From an uncultured Actinomycetota bacterium (GTDB taxonomy: Bacteria; Actinomycetota; Actinomycetes; Propionibacteriales; Nocardioidaceae): DNA of 64,000 nt. Both the position numbers and the translations under genes were made by a program. Below are positions 20,515 to 29,670 of this stretch, one piece after another. Position 1 is the stretch's first letter, and each line of letters starts with the position of its first letter. Under the pieces are notes generated by a model. The model searched no databases and had not been told where the DNA came from. It was given only the letters and a program-made list of their open reading frames with translations. The stretch covers positions 209,989-273,988 of the forward strand of contig CAWHNG010000003.1 in NCBI GenBank assembly GCA_963830735.1. Direction: 5' to 3'.

Positions 20515-21492
20515 TCAGGTCCGCAGCGACGCCCGCAGCGCCCGGTGGATCCCGGCGGGCGTGAGAACACCCACGAACCGGGGGCCGTCGGTCACGCCGA
20601 CCATCGGGCGGTCGTCGCGCAGCATGACCGCCAGGGCCTCCTCGAGGCTGGCGCCGACGGGGACGGTGGAGCCGAGCTCCCCGGCGGGTACGCCGTCGAA
20701 CGGCTCGACCAGCGAAGGATCGATCGCCGTGACCGAGAGCCGGCGCAGTCCCCGCTCGGAGCCGACGAACGCCGCGACCTCCTCGTCGACGGGGAAGCCG
20801 AGCAGCCGGGCCGGGGTGTCGTACTGCAGCAGTCGGCCGCCCTCGCCGAACACCGCGACCCGGTCACCCATGCCGACCGCCTCGTCGATGTCGTGGGTCA
20901 CCAGCACGACGGTCTTGCCGAGCTCGCGCTGCAGCCGCCGGAACTCCTCCTGCAGGCGCCCCCGGACGACCGGGTCGACGGCGCCGAAGGGCTCGTCCAT
21001 CAGCAGTACCGGCGGGTCCGCGGCCAGCGCACGGGCCACACCGACCCGCTGTCGCTGACCGCCGGAGAGCTGGTGGGGGTAGCGGTCGCCGTAGTGCTCG
21101 GGATCGAGGCCCACCAGCCGCAACAGCTCGAACGCCCGCTCGCGCGCGGTGGCCTTGGACTCGCCGTACAGCAGCGGGACGGTCATCACGTTGGCGGTGA
21201 TCCGCTGGTGCGGGAACAGGCCGATCTGCTGGATGACGTAGCCGATGCCGCGGCGCAGCTTGACCGGGTCCTCGGTGGTGACGTCGCGGCCGTCGATCTC
21301 GATCGTGCCGGTGGACGGCTCGACCAGCCGGTTGATCATCTTCAGCGTGGTCGACTTCCCGCATCCGGACGGCCCGACGAGGCAGATCAGCTCGCCGCGC
21401 CCGACCTCGAGATCGAGAGCCTGCACCGCCACCGTGCCGCCCGGGTACGCCTTGCTGACGCCCGAGAGCCGGATCATCGGGGTAGCGTCCAT
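20515..21492 (-). CDS. Osmoprotectant (glycine betaine/choline/proline) ABC transporter ATPase, OpuA/ProV-like
   Basis: GPSGCGKS, LSGGQRQ, LLMDEPF. Confidence 0.9.
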   Translation of the reverse strand: MDATPMIRLSGVSKAYPGGTVAVQALDLEVGRGELICLVGPSGCGKSTTLKMINRLVEPSTGTIEIDGRDVTTEDPVKLRRGIGYVIQQIGLFPHQRITANVMTVPLLYGESKATARERAFELLRLVGLDPEHYGDRYPHQLSGGQRQRVGVARALAADPPVLLMDEPFGAVDPVVRGRLQEEFRRLQRELGKTVVLVTHDIDEAVGMGDRVAVFGEGGRLLQYDTPARLLGFPVDEEVAAFVGSERGLRRLSVTAIDPSLVEPFDGVPAGELGSTVPVGASLEEALAVMLRDDRPMVGVTDGPRFVGVLTPAGIHRALRASLRT

Positions 21493-21504
21493 GCGGTGAC
21501 CCTA
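21483..21504. promoter_or_regulatory. Interlocked divergent leaderless -10 elements: TAGCGT (+, 21483-21488) and TAGGGT (-, 21499-21504)
   Basis: TANNNT hexamers 7 and 6 nt upstream of the GTG at 21496 and the ATG at 21492. Confidence 0.6.
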
Positions 21505-22227
21505 CTCGCGGCGCCCCTCACGGGCCCTCCGCAGAGCAGCGAGCCGCTGTTCGAGCCGAAGTGCTACGACGGGCGCACCAACGAGTGGTTCTGCTGGCAG
21601 TACGTCGGTGACCGGCGCGAGCAGATCGTCGACGCGCTCGCCCAGCACGTGCAGATCACCGTGGCCGCCGTGCTGCTCGGGCTGGTCCTCGCGCTCCCGC
21701 TGGCGCTGCTCGCCCGCCGCTTCACCCGACTCGAGTCGAGCGTCCTCGCCACCGCGACCGGCCTCTACACGATCCCGTCGCTCGCCCTGTTCCCGCTGCT
21801 GGTGCCGTTCACCGGGCTCAGCATGACCACGGTGGTGATCGGGCTCGCGCTCTACGCCCTCACCGTCCTCGTCCGGGCCTTCCTCGAGGGGCTGCGCGCG
21901 GTCCCCGACGAGGTGCGGGAGGCCGGCCTCGGCATGGGGTACGGCGCCGCACGCCTGCTGTGGCGCGTGGAGCTCCCCCTCGCGCTGCCGGTCATCATGG
22001 CCGGCGTCCGCGTTGCGACGGTCTCCACGGTGGCGCTGACCACCGTCGGGTCGCTGGTCGCCTACGGAGGCCTCGGCAACCTGATCAAGGACGGCGTCAC
22101 CACCAACTTCCGGGCGGAGCTCACCACGGCGGCCGTCCTGTGCGTCGTCCTGGCCGTGCTGCTCGACGTACTCCTCGTGCTGGGGCAGCGGTTCCTCACC
22201 CCCTGGGCCCGGGCGGTGCGCTCGTGA
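21496..22227 (+). CDS. Osmoprotectant ABC transporter permease 1
   Basis: C-terminal part of ORF 20545..22227; YTIPSLAL, EAGLGMG, VELPLALP. Confidence 0.88.
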   Translation: MTLLAAPLTGPPQSSEPLFEPKCYDGRTNEWFCWQYVGDRREQIVDALAQHVQITVAAVLLGLVLALPLALLARRFTRLESSVLATATGLYTIPSLALFPLLVPFTGLSMTTVVIGLALYALTVLVRAFLEGLRAVPDEVREAGLGMGYGAARLLWRVELPLALPVIMAGVRVATVSTVALTTVGSLVAYGGLGNLIKDGVTTNFRAELTTAAVLCVVLAVLLDVLLVLGQRFLTPWARAVRS

Positions 22228-22976
22228 TCATCTTCGGTGACGTCTGGGCCTACCTCTCCGACCCGACGAGCTGGACCGAGGAGGGCGGTCTCCTGCAGCT
22301 CCTCCTCGAGCAGCTGCTGCTGACCGTGACCGCGCTCGTCGCGGCGATGCTCGTGGCCCTGCCGCTCGCCCTCTGGCTCGGCCACCTGGGGCGTGGCGGC
22401 TTCCTCGCCGTCAACATCTCCAACGTCGGGCGGGCGGTGCCGACGTTCGCGCTGCTCGCGCTGCTGGTGAAACTCGACTGGCCGGGCACCGACACGTTCG
22501 GGCCCTACGGCCGGGCCGGTCTGGCCACCCTGATCGCGCTGGTGGCGTTCGCGCTGCCGCCGCTGGTGACCAACACCTACGTCGCGATGCGCGAGGTGCC
22601 GGCGGAGATGCGCGAGGTCGCCGACGGGATGGGGATGACGGCCTGGCAGAAGTTCGTGCAGGTCGAGCTGCCGCTCGCGCTCCCGCTCATCGCGTCGGGC
22701 ATCCGGCTCGCGCTGGTGCAGGTGTGGGCGACCGCCACGATCGCTGCGCTGGTGGCCGGCCCGGGGCTCGGACGGATCATCACCGACGGGTTCGTCCGCA
22801 CCGAGTACGGCCGCGGGATCGGCGGCGCCGTCGTCGTCGCGGTGGTGGCGCTGCTGCTCGAGGTCGCCGCCGCGGGGCTCCAGCGCGCCTTCGTGCGTAC
22901 GCCGGGCCGCGGGCCCGCCACGATGGAGCCGGCCGTCGATCGCGCCCCGGTGTCGGGGTCAGGCTCTAGAGTCTGA
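22224..22976 (+). CDS. Osmoprotectant ABC transporter permease 2
   Basis: GTGA overlap; RAVPTFA, EVADGMGM, VELPLALP. Confidence 0.88.
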   Translation: MIIFGDVWAYLSDPTSWTEEGGLLQLLLEQLLLTVTALVAAMLVALPLALWLGHLGRGGFLAVNISNVGRAVPTFALLALLVKLDWPGTDTFGPYGRAGLATLIALVAFALPPLVTNTYVAMREVPAEMREVADGMGMTAWQKFVQVELPLALPLIASGIRLALVQVWATATIAALVAGPGLGRIITDGFVRTEYGRGIGGAVVVAVVALLLEVAAAGLQRAFVRTPGRGPATMEPAVDRAPVSGSGSRV

Positions 22977-23057
22977 CCTGACCACTCATCCCGCGGACGT
23001 CGTCGGGATGATCCGGACACGCGCGGCCCGGCGCCGCGGGACACAGAAGGAACACCC

Positions 23058-24017
23058 ATGACGTCACGATCGCTCCGCACCCGCCTCCGCGCCGCCGGCA
23101 TCGGCCTGCTCGCCGCCGGTGTGCTCACCGTCTCCGCCTGCGCGGGCGACGACCTCGCCGAGGACGACAACAATGCGGAGGGCTCGGGCGACAAGGGCCC
23201 GGTCTCGATCTCGGGCCAGGCCTTCCCCGAGGCCGAGCTGGTCGCCGCGATGTACGAAGAGCTCCTGACCGAGGCGGGCTACGAGGTCGACACCAAGCTG
23301 GTCGACGCCCGCGACGCCTACATGCCGATCTTCCCCGACGACGTCGACATCGTCCCGGAGTACGTCGGCGGCATCGTCAACTTCCTCAACGCGCGGGAGA
23401 ACGGCGACGACGCCGAGCCGTTCGAGGCCGGTGACGGTCAGCAGCTCGCCGACGACGGTGCCCAGCTCCTCGAGGACGCCGGCATCACCCTGCTCGACAT
23501 CTCCGAGGCCACCGACACCAACGCGTTCTTCGTCACCCAGGAGTACTCCGAGGCCAACGACGTCACCACGCTGTCCGACCTCGAGGGCGAGTCGGTCACC
23601 CTCGCCGCCGCCGAGGACTGCGAGGGCCGGCTGGACTGCGAGGGCGGCCTGGTCGACGAGTACGGCATCGACATCAAGGAGATCCTGCCGCTTGGCTACG
23701 CCAGCGACCAGACCTACCAGGCGGTGCTGGACGGTGAGGCCGAGCTCGGCGAGACCAGCACCACCGACGGAACCCTGGAGTCCCAGGGCCTCGTCGTGCT
23801 CGAGGACGACAAGGAGATCCAGCCCGCGCAGAACCTCGTGCCCGCGGTCTCGACCGAGTTCCTCGACGAGAACCCCGAAGTGGCCGACCTGCTCAACCCG
23901 CTGATGGCGGCGCTCACCACCGAGAAGCTCACCGAGCTCAACGCCCGGGTCGCCGTCGGCCGTGAGCTCGCCGAGGACGTGGCGCACGACTTCCTGACCG
24001 AGGAAGACCTGCTCTGA
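23058..24017 (+). CDS. Osmoprotectant ABC substrate-binding lipoprotein
   Basis: Lipobox VSAC; PEYVG; LEDDKEIQPAQN. Confidence 0.88.
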   Translation: MTSRSLRTRLRAAGIGLLAAGVLTVSACAGDDLAEDDNNAEGSGDKGPVSISGQAFPEAELVAAMYEELLTEAGYEVDTKLVDARDAYMPIFPDDVDIVPEYVGGIVNFLNARENGDDAEPFEAGDGQQLADDGAQLLEDAGITLLDISEATDTNAFFVTQEYSEANDVTTLSDLEGESVTLAAAEDCEGRLDCEGGLVDEYGIDIKEILPLGYASDQTYQAVLDGEAELGETSTTDGTLESQGLVVLEDDKEIQPAQNLVPAVSTEFLDENPEVADLLNPLMAALTTEKLTELNARVAVGRELAEDVAHDFLTEEDLL

Positions 24018-24048
24018 TCCTGTCCTGAGATCGGCCGACGGTGCCGGG

Positions 24049-25221
24049 TCAGCTCTGCGGCGGCAGCAGCTGGCCCGGCACCGTCGCGTCGTAGAACGCC
24101 TGGCCCGGCCCGTCGGCCTCGGTCCGACCGGGCAGCCGGATGCGGTCGCCGTCGTGCTCCCAGTAGTAGTCGAACGAGAAGCCGGCGTACTCCTTCCCGC
24201 CCTCCCGCGGCACGGCGAGGATCCGGTCCTCGGGCCCCTGCCACCAGGAGATCTCCTCGTCGCTGCCGGGGACCATCGACCACCCGTCCTCGTCGAGCAC
24301 CCAGGTGCCACGCTGGGCCAGCCGCTGGTACCAGTCGTCGCCGGTCTCGTCGCCGAACTCGGTCTCCTCGAACCGCACCGCGATCCGGTCGCCGACCTTG
24401 TCGACCTCCCGGACGTCCCAGTCCGGGGTGTACTCATCCGGCATCGCGTGCTCGGCGAGCACGTCGCCGGTCGCGGGGTCGATCTCGATCAGCTGCTGGG
24501 TCACCTGGCAGCCGCCGCAGGGGTCGCCCTGGACCCGCTTGGTGGCCAGCAGCGCCGAGCCGTCGGCGGCCAGCCACAGCGCGATGACGGGCTCACCCTC
24601 GAGCACCTGCTCCTGCTCGGCGCCGTCGTCGGCGACGCGGAGCACGCCGTAGTCGTCGTAGTCCTCCAGCTCGGTGTTGTCGTACCACCGCAGGAACGTC
24701 GTGCCGTCGATGGTGTGTGCGCTGCCGTAGAGCCGCTCCACGTCCATGCGGTCCCGCTTGGGGACCTCGACCATCGGCAGCTCGGTGCGCCACTGCTCGA
24801 CCCCGTCGAGGTCGCGCACCACCAGCTCGTACGGCGTCCCGATCCGGCCGTACTCCGGCTGCACGGTCGCGATCACGGTGACCGAGCGGTTCGGGTCGGG
24901 CATCCGGACCGGGTGCACGTCGAGGGTGGCGAGGTTCCAGGCGCCGGTCACCCGTCCGCCGCGGAGCAGCAGCGCGCGGCCGTCGGGCAGCCACTCGACC
25001 TCGGAGTAGCCGGTGAGGACCTTCTCGGCGTCGCCGATCCGGACGTGCAGCCCGTCCTCGGCGGCGAGAGCGTACGTCGGCGGGGTCAGGCCCAGCGGTA
25101 CCGGCTCCACGTCGCCGCGCACCGGGCCGTCGGACCCCCCGCCGCCGCTGTCGCAGGCCGCGAGCCCGCCGAGAAGGAGAGTGGTCGTCAGCGTCGCGAC
25201 GACCCGAGCCAGCCGCGTCAT
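24049..25221 (-). CDS. Hypothetical lipoprotein (beta-rich, possible propeller)
   Basis: Lipobox LAAC; acidic and aromatic-rich; CGGC motif; leaderless -10 TACACT. Confidence 0.7.
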   Translation of the reverse strand: MTRLARVVATLTTTLLLGGLAACDSGGGGSDGPVRGDVEPVPLGLTPPTYALAAEDGLHVRIGDAEKVLTGYSEVEWLPDGRALLLRGGRVTGAWNLATLDVHPVRMPDPNRSVTVIATVQPEYGRIGTPYELVVRDLDGVEQWRTELPMVEVPKRDRMDVERLYGSAHTIDGTTFLRWYDNTELEDYDDYGVLRVADDGAEQEQVLEGEPVIALWLAADGSALLATKRVQGDPCGGCQVTQQLIEIDPATGDVLAEHAMPDEYTPDWDVREVDKVGDRIAVRFEETEFGDETGDDWYQRLAQRGTWVLDEDGWSMVPGSDEEISWWQGPEDRILAVPREGGKEYAGFSFDYYWEHDGDRIRLPGRTEADGPGQAFYDATVPGQLLPPQS

Positions 25222-25249
25222 GACCGGAGTGTAGGCACGAGCCCGCCGG

Positions 25250-26401
25250 TCAGTGCTCCGCCTCGCGCACCAGCAGCGCCTCGCGAGCCACGGACCGCAC
25301 GTCCAGGCCGGGTACGTCGACGCGCACCGACCCGTTCGGCAGCCGGACCCGGGGGAGCGGGGCGCCGTCGAGCCCGGCGACGTACCGCATCACCAGCGCG
25401 GCGTCCTCCCGCCGCCCCTGCTCGACGAGCCAGCCGGTGAGCCGGTGGGCCGGCGGCAGGATGCTGTGCGTCAGGGAGCGGTGCGACCCCCAGAACTCGC
25501 GCACGCCGGACACCAGCAGCTGCCACCAGTCGTCGTCGGCGTCGGGGATCAGCACGAAGTAGCGCCAGAGGTCGCCCGGCAGCACCTTGTCGAGGAACAG
25601 GTCGGTGACCTTCGAGGACCCGAAGTCGCGGACGGTGCCGAGTGACATCCGCTTGGTCGCCCAGCGGTCCTCGAGGTCCGCGGTGCTGGCGCGTTGCTGG
25701 GTGATCGACGAGCCGTCATGCCGGACCCGCCAGTGGTAGACGACATCGGGCACGACGCCGATCCGGCGCGCGCGGACGTAGGCCTCGGTCAATGTCGGCT
25801 GGTCCTCGTAGCGGATCCCCTCGGGCCAGACGAGGCCGGCCTCGTCCCAGAACGACCGGCGGAAGAGCTTGTTCCAGGCGAACACGTCGCCGAGGAGCTC
25901 GGGCTGCTGCTCGATCATCACCGCGGAGCGGTCCCGGTGCAGCCGCCGCATCCAACGGATCCGGGTGACCTCGTCGCCATCGAGCCGGGCCACGTCGCCG
26001 GTCACGAAGTCCGCACCCGTGCGCCGCAGCTGCCGCGCCATCGCCTCGTACGCGCCCGGCGGCACCACGTCGTCGGAGTCGGCGAACGCGACCACCTCGC
26101 CGCGGGCGTGCCGCAGGCCCTCGTTGCGGGCACCCCCGAGGCCGCGGTTCTCGATGTGCACCACGCGCACCCGGTCGTCGCGGGCGGCGTACTGCTCCGC
26201 GATCGCGCCGGAGTCGTCCGGCGAGCCGTCGTCGACCACCACCACGTCCAGCCGTCGGTGCGCCTGCGCGAGCAGGCTGTCGAGACAGGCCGGGAGGTAC
26301 GCCGCCACGTCGTACGCCGGGACGATGACGCTGATCAGCGGCGCGGCCCGGTCGGGCAGCCGGGGCAGCCGGGGCAGATGGAGCGCGGAGGGCCGGGGCA
26401 C
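25250..26401 (-). CDS. GT2 family glycosyltransferase
   Basis: ISVIVPAYDV, VVDDGSPD, GGARNEG, FADSDD, AWNKLFR, YED. Confidence 0.9.
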   Translation of the reverse strand: MPRPSALHLPRLPRLPDRAAPLISVIVPAYDVAAYLPACLDSLLAQAHRRLDVVVVDDGSPDDSGAIAEQYAARDDRVRVVHIENRGLGGARNEGLRHARGEVVAFADSDDVVPPGAYEAMARQLRRTGADFVTGDVARLDGDEVTRIRWMRRLHRDRSAVMIEQQPELLGDVFAWNKLFRRSFWDEAGLVWPEGIRYEDQPTLTEAYVRARRIGVVPDVVYHWRVRHDGSSITQQRASTADLEDRWATKRMSLGTVRDFGSSKVTDLFLDKVLPGDLWRYFVLIPDADDDWWQLLVSGVREFWGSHRSLTHSILPPAHRLTGWLVEQGRREDAALVMRYVAGLDGAPLPRVRLPNGSVRVDVPGLDVRSVAREALLVREAEH

Positions 26402-26468
26402 AGGAGCACGGTACTGAGGAGCGCGGTGGTGGGCCGCCGGCAGCCGCCGGAACGTTAGGCTCCCTCCC

Positions 26469-27596
26469 GTGAGCGACCCCTCCGCAGTGGACCCGGCAGC
26501 ACTGGACCCGGCAGCAGTGGACCCCGCCGACTACCCGCGCAAGGTCGTCTTCGTCGCCGGCGCCGGACGCAGCGGCACCAGCACCATGAGCGGCCTGCTC
26601 CGGATCATGGGCCTGCACGTGCCGCAGCCGGAGATCGTCGCCGACCAGACCAACCCCAAGGGGTTCGGCGAGCCGAAGTGGGTCGTCGAGCACCACGACC
26701 GGCTGCTCAAGCAGGCCCTGGTCCAGGTGTCCGACGCGCGCCCCGAGGCGTGGTTCGAGACCGGCCGGATCGCCACCCTCGAGCCGGAGCGGATCCGGAC
26801 CACCGACTGGCTCGCGTCGCACTTCGCCGTCGGTCGTGAGCTCGTCGTCAAGGACCCGCGGCTGAGCTGGTTCCTGCCGCTGTGGCGGGTCGCCGCGATC
26901 CGCAACGGCGCCAGCCCGGACTTCGTGACGATGCTCCGTCCGCCGGCCGAGGTGGTCGGCAGCAAGCAGACCTACTACGCCAACCGCCTCGGATCGGCCC
27001 ACCTCGCGGCGTCCTGGCTCAACATGCTGCTGCACACCGAGCGCGGGACGCGGACCGAGCCCGGGGCGCCGGGGGCGGGCGGCCGGGTGTTCGTCCGGTA
27101 CGCCGACCTCCTCGACGACTGGACGAGGACGACCATGCACGTCGGCCAGGCGCTGCAGCTGGAGGGCGTGCTGCACGCCGACTCCGAGCAGATCAGGGAG
27201 GGCCACCGCTTCGTCGATCCGTCGCTGCGCCGGATCACCCAGACCCTCGACGACCTCAACCTCCCCGCCCGGCTGCACGAGCTGGTCGCCGACACGTGGG
27301 CCGAGCTCAACAAGCTCGCCGACCCCGGCGGCGACACCCCGGAGGCGCACGCCACGCTCGACCAGCTCCGCGAGGGATACGTCGACCTGTACGCCGAGGC
27401 CGAGGCGATCTCGCGCTCCTCGGTAGTGGCGGCCGAGCAGCGGACCCGGCGTCAGGTCCAGAACGAGGGGCCGGGCGCGGGCGCCGTACCTCCTGGGGAG
27501 CGGCATGGCGCCGACCGGATCCCCCACAACGTGCGCGCGATGATCCCGCCGAGCGTCCGCACCAGCCTGCGCAAGCTCGCCGGCCGGCCGCGCTGA
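26469..27596 (+). CDS. Sulfotransferase-family (P-loop, PAPS-binding-like) protein
   Basis: VAGAGRSGTS, KDPR, LRPPAEVVGS; N-terminal DPxAx repeats. Confidence 0.7.
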   Translation: MSDPSAVDPAALDPAAVDPADYPRKVVFVAGAGRSGTSTMSGLLRIMGLHVPQPEIVADQTNPKGFGEPKWVVEHHDRLLKQALVQVSDARPEAWFETGRIATLEPERIRTTDWLASHFAVGRELVVKDPRLSWFLPLWRVAAIRNGASPDFVTMLRPPAEVVGSKQTYYANRLGSAHLAASWLNMLLHTERGTRTEPGAPGAGGRVFVRYADLLDDWTRTTMHVGQALQLEGVLHADSEQIREGHRFVDPSLRRITQTLDDLNLPARLHELVADTWAELNKLADPGGDTPEAHATLDQLREGYVDLYAEAEAISRSSVVAAEQRTRRQVQNEGPGAGAVPPGERHGADRIPHNVRAMIPPSVRTSLRKLAGRPR

Positions 27597-27627
27597 CCCG
27601 GTCGACGACCAGGAGCTGAGCGCCGCC

Positions 27628-28569
27628 ATGACCGCACACGCCGGCCCGACCGGGATCACCAACCTCGAGGGCCACACCGAGTTCGACATCACCTGGCCCT
27701 GGGTGGGTGACGGCGGGCTGCGACCGGGCAGCACGGCCGTGCTGCGGGTCAAGAACGAGGCGCCGTCGCTGCCGTTCGTGCTGCCGCCGCTGCTGCGTGC
27801 CTGCGACCACGTGCTCGTCGTCGACAACGGCTCCGAGGACGGCACGCCCGACGTGGCCCGCGAGGCTGCCGAGCGGGCGGGGCTCGCCGAGAAGCTCGAG
27901 CTGGCGTCGTACCCCTTCTCCGTGGCGCGGGCCGGGGCCGAGCACCTCGCCGTCCACGAGCGGTCGGTGCACTCGCTCGCCTACTTCTACAACTGGTGCT
28001 TCGCGCAGGTCCGCACCCGCTACTCCTGGAAGTGGGACGGCGACATGGTGCTCACCGCCGAGGGCGAGGCGTCGATCGCCGACCTCGGTTGGCAGGTCGG
28101 CGACGTGCAGTCGATCATCCGGGTGCCGCGGCACGGCCTCTACCTGCGCGACCGGTCCCTGGCCTACCTCGACCTCGGGCTGCGCAACGCCGAGGAGTGG
28201 GGCTTCCCGATCGGCCCGGACTTCGTGTTCACCAAGGCCTTCGAGTGGGAGGTGCGTACGACGCCGCGACCGGTGCGCTCGATCGGCCTCCCGCACGGCC
28301 TCTGCGTGGAGCTGAAGTACCTCGACGGCGACGAGTTCGCGCACTGGACCGATCCCGCGTCGTTCGCCACGAGCTACCGCAACAAGCGCAAGCGGCGCGA
28401 GTGGGCGGTCTTCCAGGCGCTCCAGGAGGGCACCGTGCTCCCCGGCGTGCACGAGATCCACGCTCCGCTGGGCGTGCACGTCGTGGACCACGTGACCCGC
28501 ACCTGGCTGCCGCAGGCCCCGCGGCCGCTCGAGATCGGGCCGATCTCCTCCGACGACCAGCGCCGCTGA
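27628..28569 (+). CDS. GT-A/GT2-like glycosyltransferase
   Basis: LRVKNEA, VVDNGSEDGT, WKWDGD (DxD-like). Confidence 0.65.
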   Translation: MTAHAGPTGITNLEGHTEFDITWPWVGDGGLRPGSTAVLRVKNEAPSLPFVLPPLLRACDHVLVVDNGSEDGTPDVAREAAERAGLAEKLELASYPFSVARAGAEHLAVHERSVHSLAYFYNWCFAQVRTRYSWKWDGDMVLTAEGEASIADLGWQVGDVQSIIRVPRHGLYLRDRSLAYLDLGLRNAEEWGFPIGPDFVFTKAFEWEVRTTPRPVRSIGLPHGLCVELKYLDGDEFAHWTDPASFATSYRNKRKRREWAVFQALQEGTVLPGVHEIHAPLGVHVVDHVTRTWLPQAPRPLEIGPISSDDQRR

Positions 28570-28660
28570 CGCGACCCGGGTGGCCCACGTCACGTGCGCT
28601 TTCCCTGTCGGTCGGGACCGGATCGCCCTAACCTCGTTGTTGCATCAACGAGCGAATACG

Positions 28661-28737
28661 TCCGGTACCCACACCGGCCCGCTCCCCGGAGGCGCTCCGG
28701 GGCCGGGTGGTCGGCGGGACCGGAACGGAAAGGTCCC
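28661..28737 (+). promoter_or_regulatory. Structured 5' leader of the pan/nad/coaX operon, candidate translational switch
   Basis: TCCGGTACC pairs with GGGACCGGA; alternatively GGGACC pairs with GGTCCC over SD-like GGAAAGG; internal 8-bp hairpin CCCCGGAG/CTCCGGGG. Confidence 0.45.
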
Positions 28738-28740
28738 ACG

Positions 28741-29670
28741 ATGAGCACGTCGTACGACGCCGCCCCCCTCTCGGTGGGCGTGATCGGTGCCGGCCGGGTC
28801 GGCGCCGTCCTGGCCGCCGCCCTCCGGTCCGCGGGCCACCCCGTCACCGCCGCAGCCGGCGAGTCCGACGCCTCCCGCCGCCGCGCGGCCGACCTGCTGC
28901 CGGGCGTTCCGCTCCGCAAGCCGAGCGCCGTCGCCCGTGGCTGCGACCTGCTGCTGCTCACCGTCCCCGACGACATGCTCCCCAACGTCGTGCGCGTGCT
29001 CGCCGACAGCGGGGCCCTCCGCGAGGGCCAGGTCGTCGCGCACACGTCCGGCCGGCACGGGCTCGCCGTCCTCGCGCCCGCCGCCGAGATCGGGGCGCGC
29101 GTGATCGCGCTGCACCCGGCGATGACCTTCACCGGCACCGCGATCGACCTCGACCGGCTCGCCGGCTGCGTCTTCGGGCTGACCGCGGGGCCCGCCGAGC
29201 ACGACCTCGCCGAGTCCCTCGTCGGGGAGATCGGCGCCCGCGCCACGTGGGTGCCGGAGGAGATGCGGACCCTCTACCACGCGGGTCTCGCCCACGGCGC
29301 CAACCACCTGGTCACCCTCGTCACCGAGGCGATGGGCCTGCTCGCGGCCGCCGGGTCCGCCGACCCCGCCGGCACGCTGCGCCCCCTGCTCGAGGCGGCG
29401 CTGGACAACGCGCTGGCCCACGGCGACGCCGCCCTCACCGGGCCGATCGTCCGCGGTGACGTGCAGACCGTGGCCGCGCACCTCGACGACATCGCGGCCA
29501 ACGCGCCCGACACGCTGCCCTCCTACGTCACGCTCGCCCGGGCCACCCTGGACCACGCCGTGACCGACGGCCGGGTGCTGCCGATCCGGGCCAACAAGAT
29601 CGCGGTGCTGCTCGACGCCGCCGTGCGGCGAGCCCCCGGACGGGTGGCCCGCACCACGGAGCAGGCGTGA
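28741..29670 (+). CDS. Rossmann-like/DUF2520 oxidoreductase, probable PanG-type ketopantoate reductase
   Basis: [39 protein letters not shown]; directly upstream of panC. Confidence 0.8.
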   Translation: MSTSYDAAPLSVGVIGAGRVGAVLAAALRSAGHPVTAAAGESDASRRRAADLLPGVPLRKPSAVARGCDLLLLTVPDDMLPNVVRVLADSGALREGQVVAHTSGRHGLAVLAPAAEIGARVIALHPAMTFTGTAIDLDRLAGCVFGLTAGPAEHDLAESLVGEIGARATWVPEEMRTLYHAGLAHGANHLVTLVTEAMGLLAAAGSADPAGTLRPLLEAALDNALAHGDAALTGPIVRGDVQTVAAHLDDIAANAPDTLPSYVTLARATLDHAVTDGRVLPIRANKIAVLLDAAVRRAPGRVARTTEQA

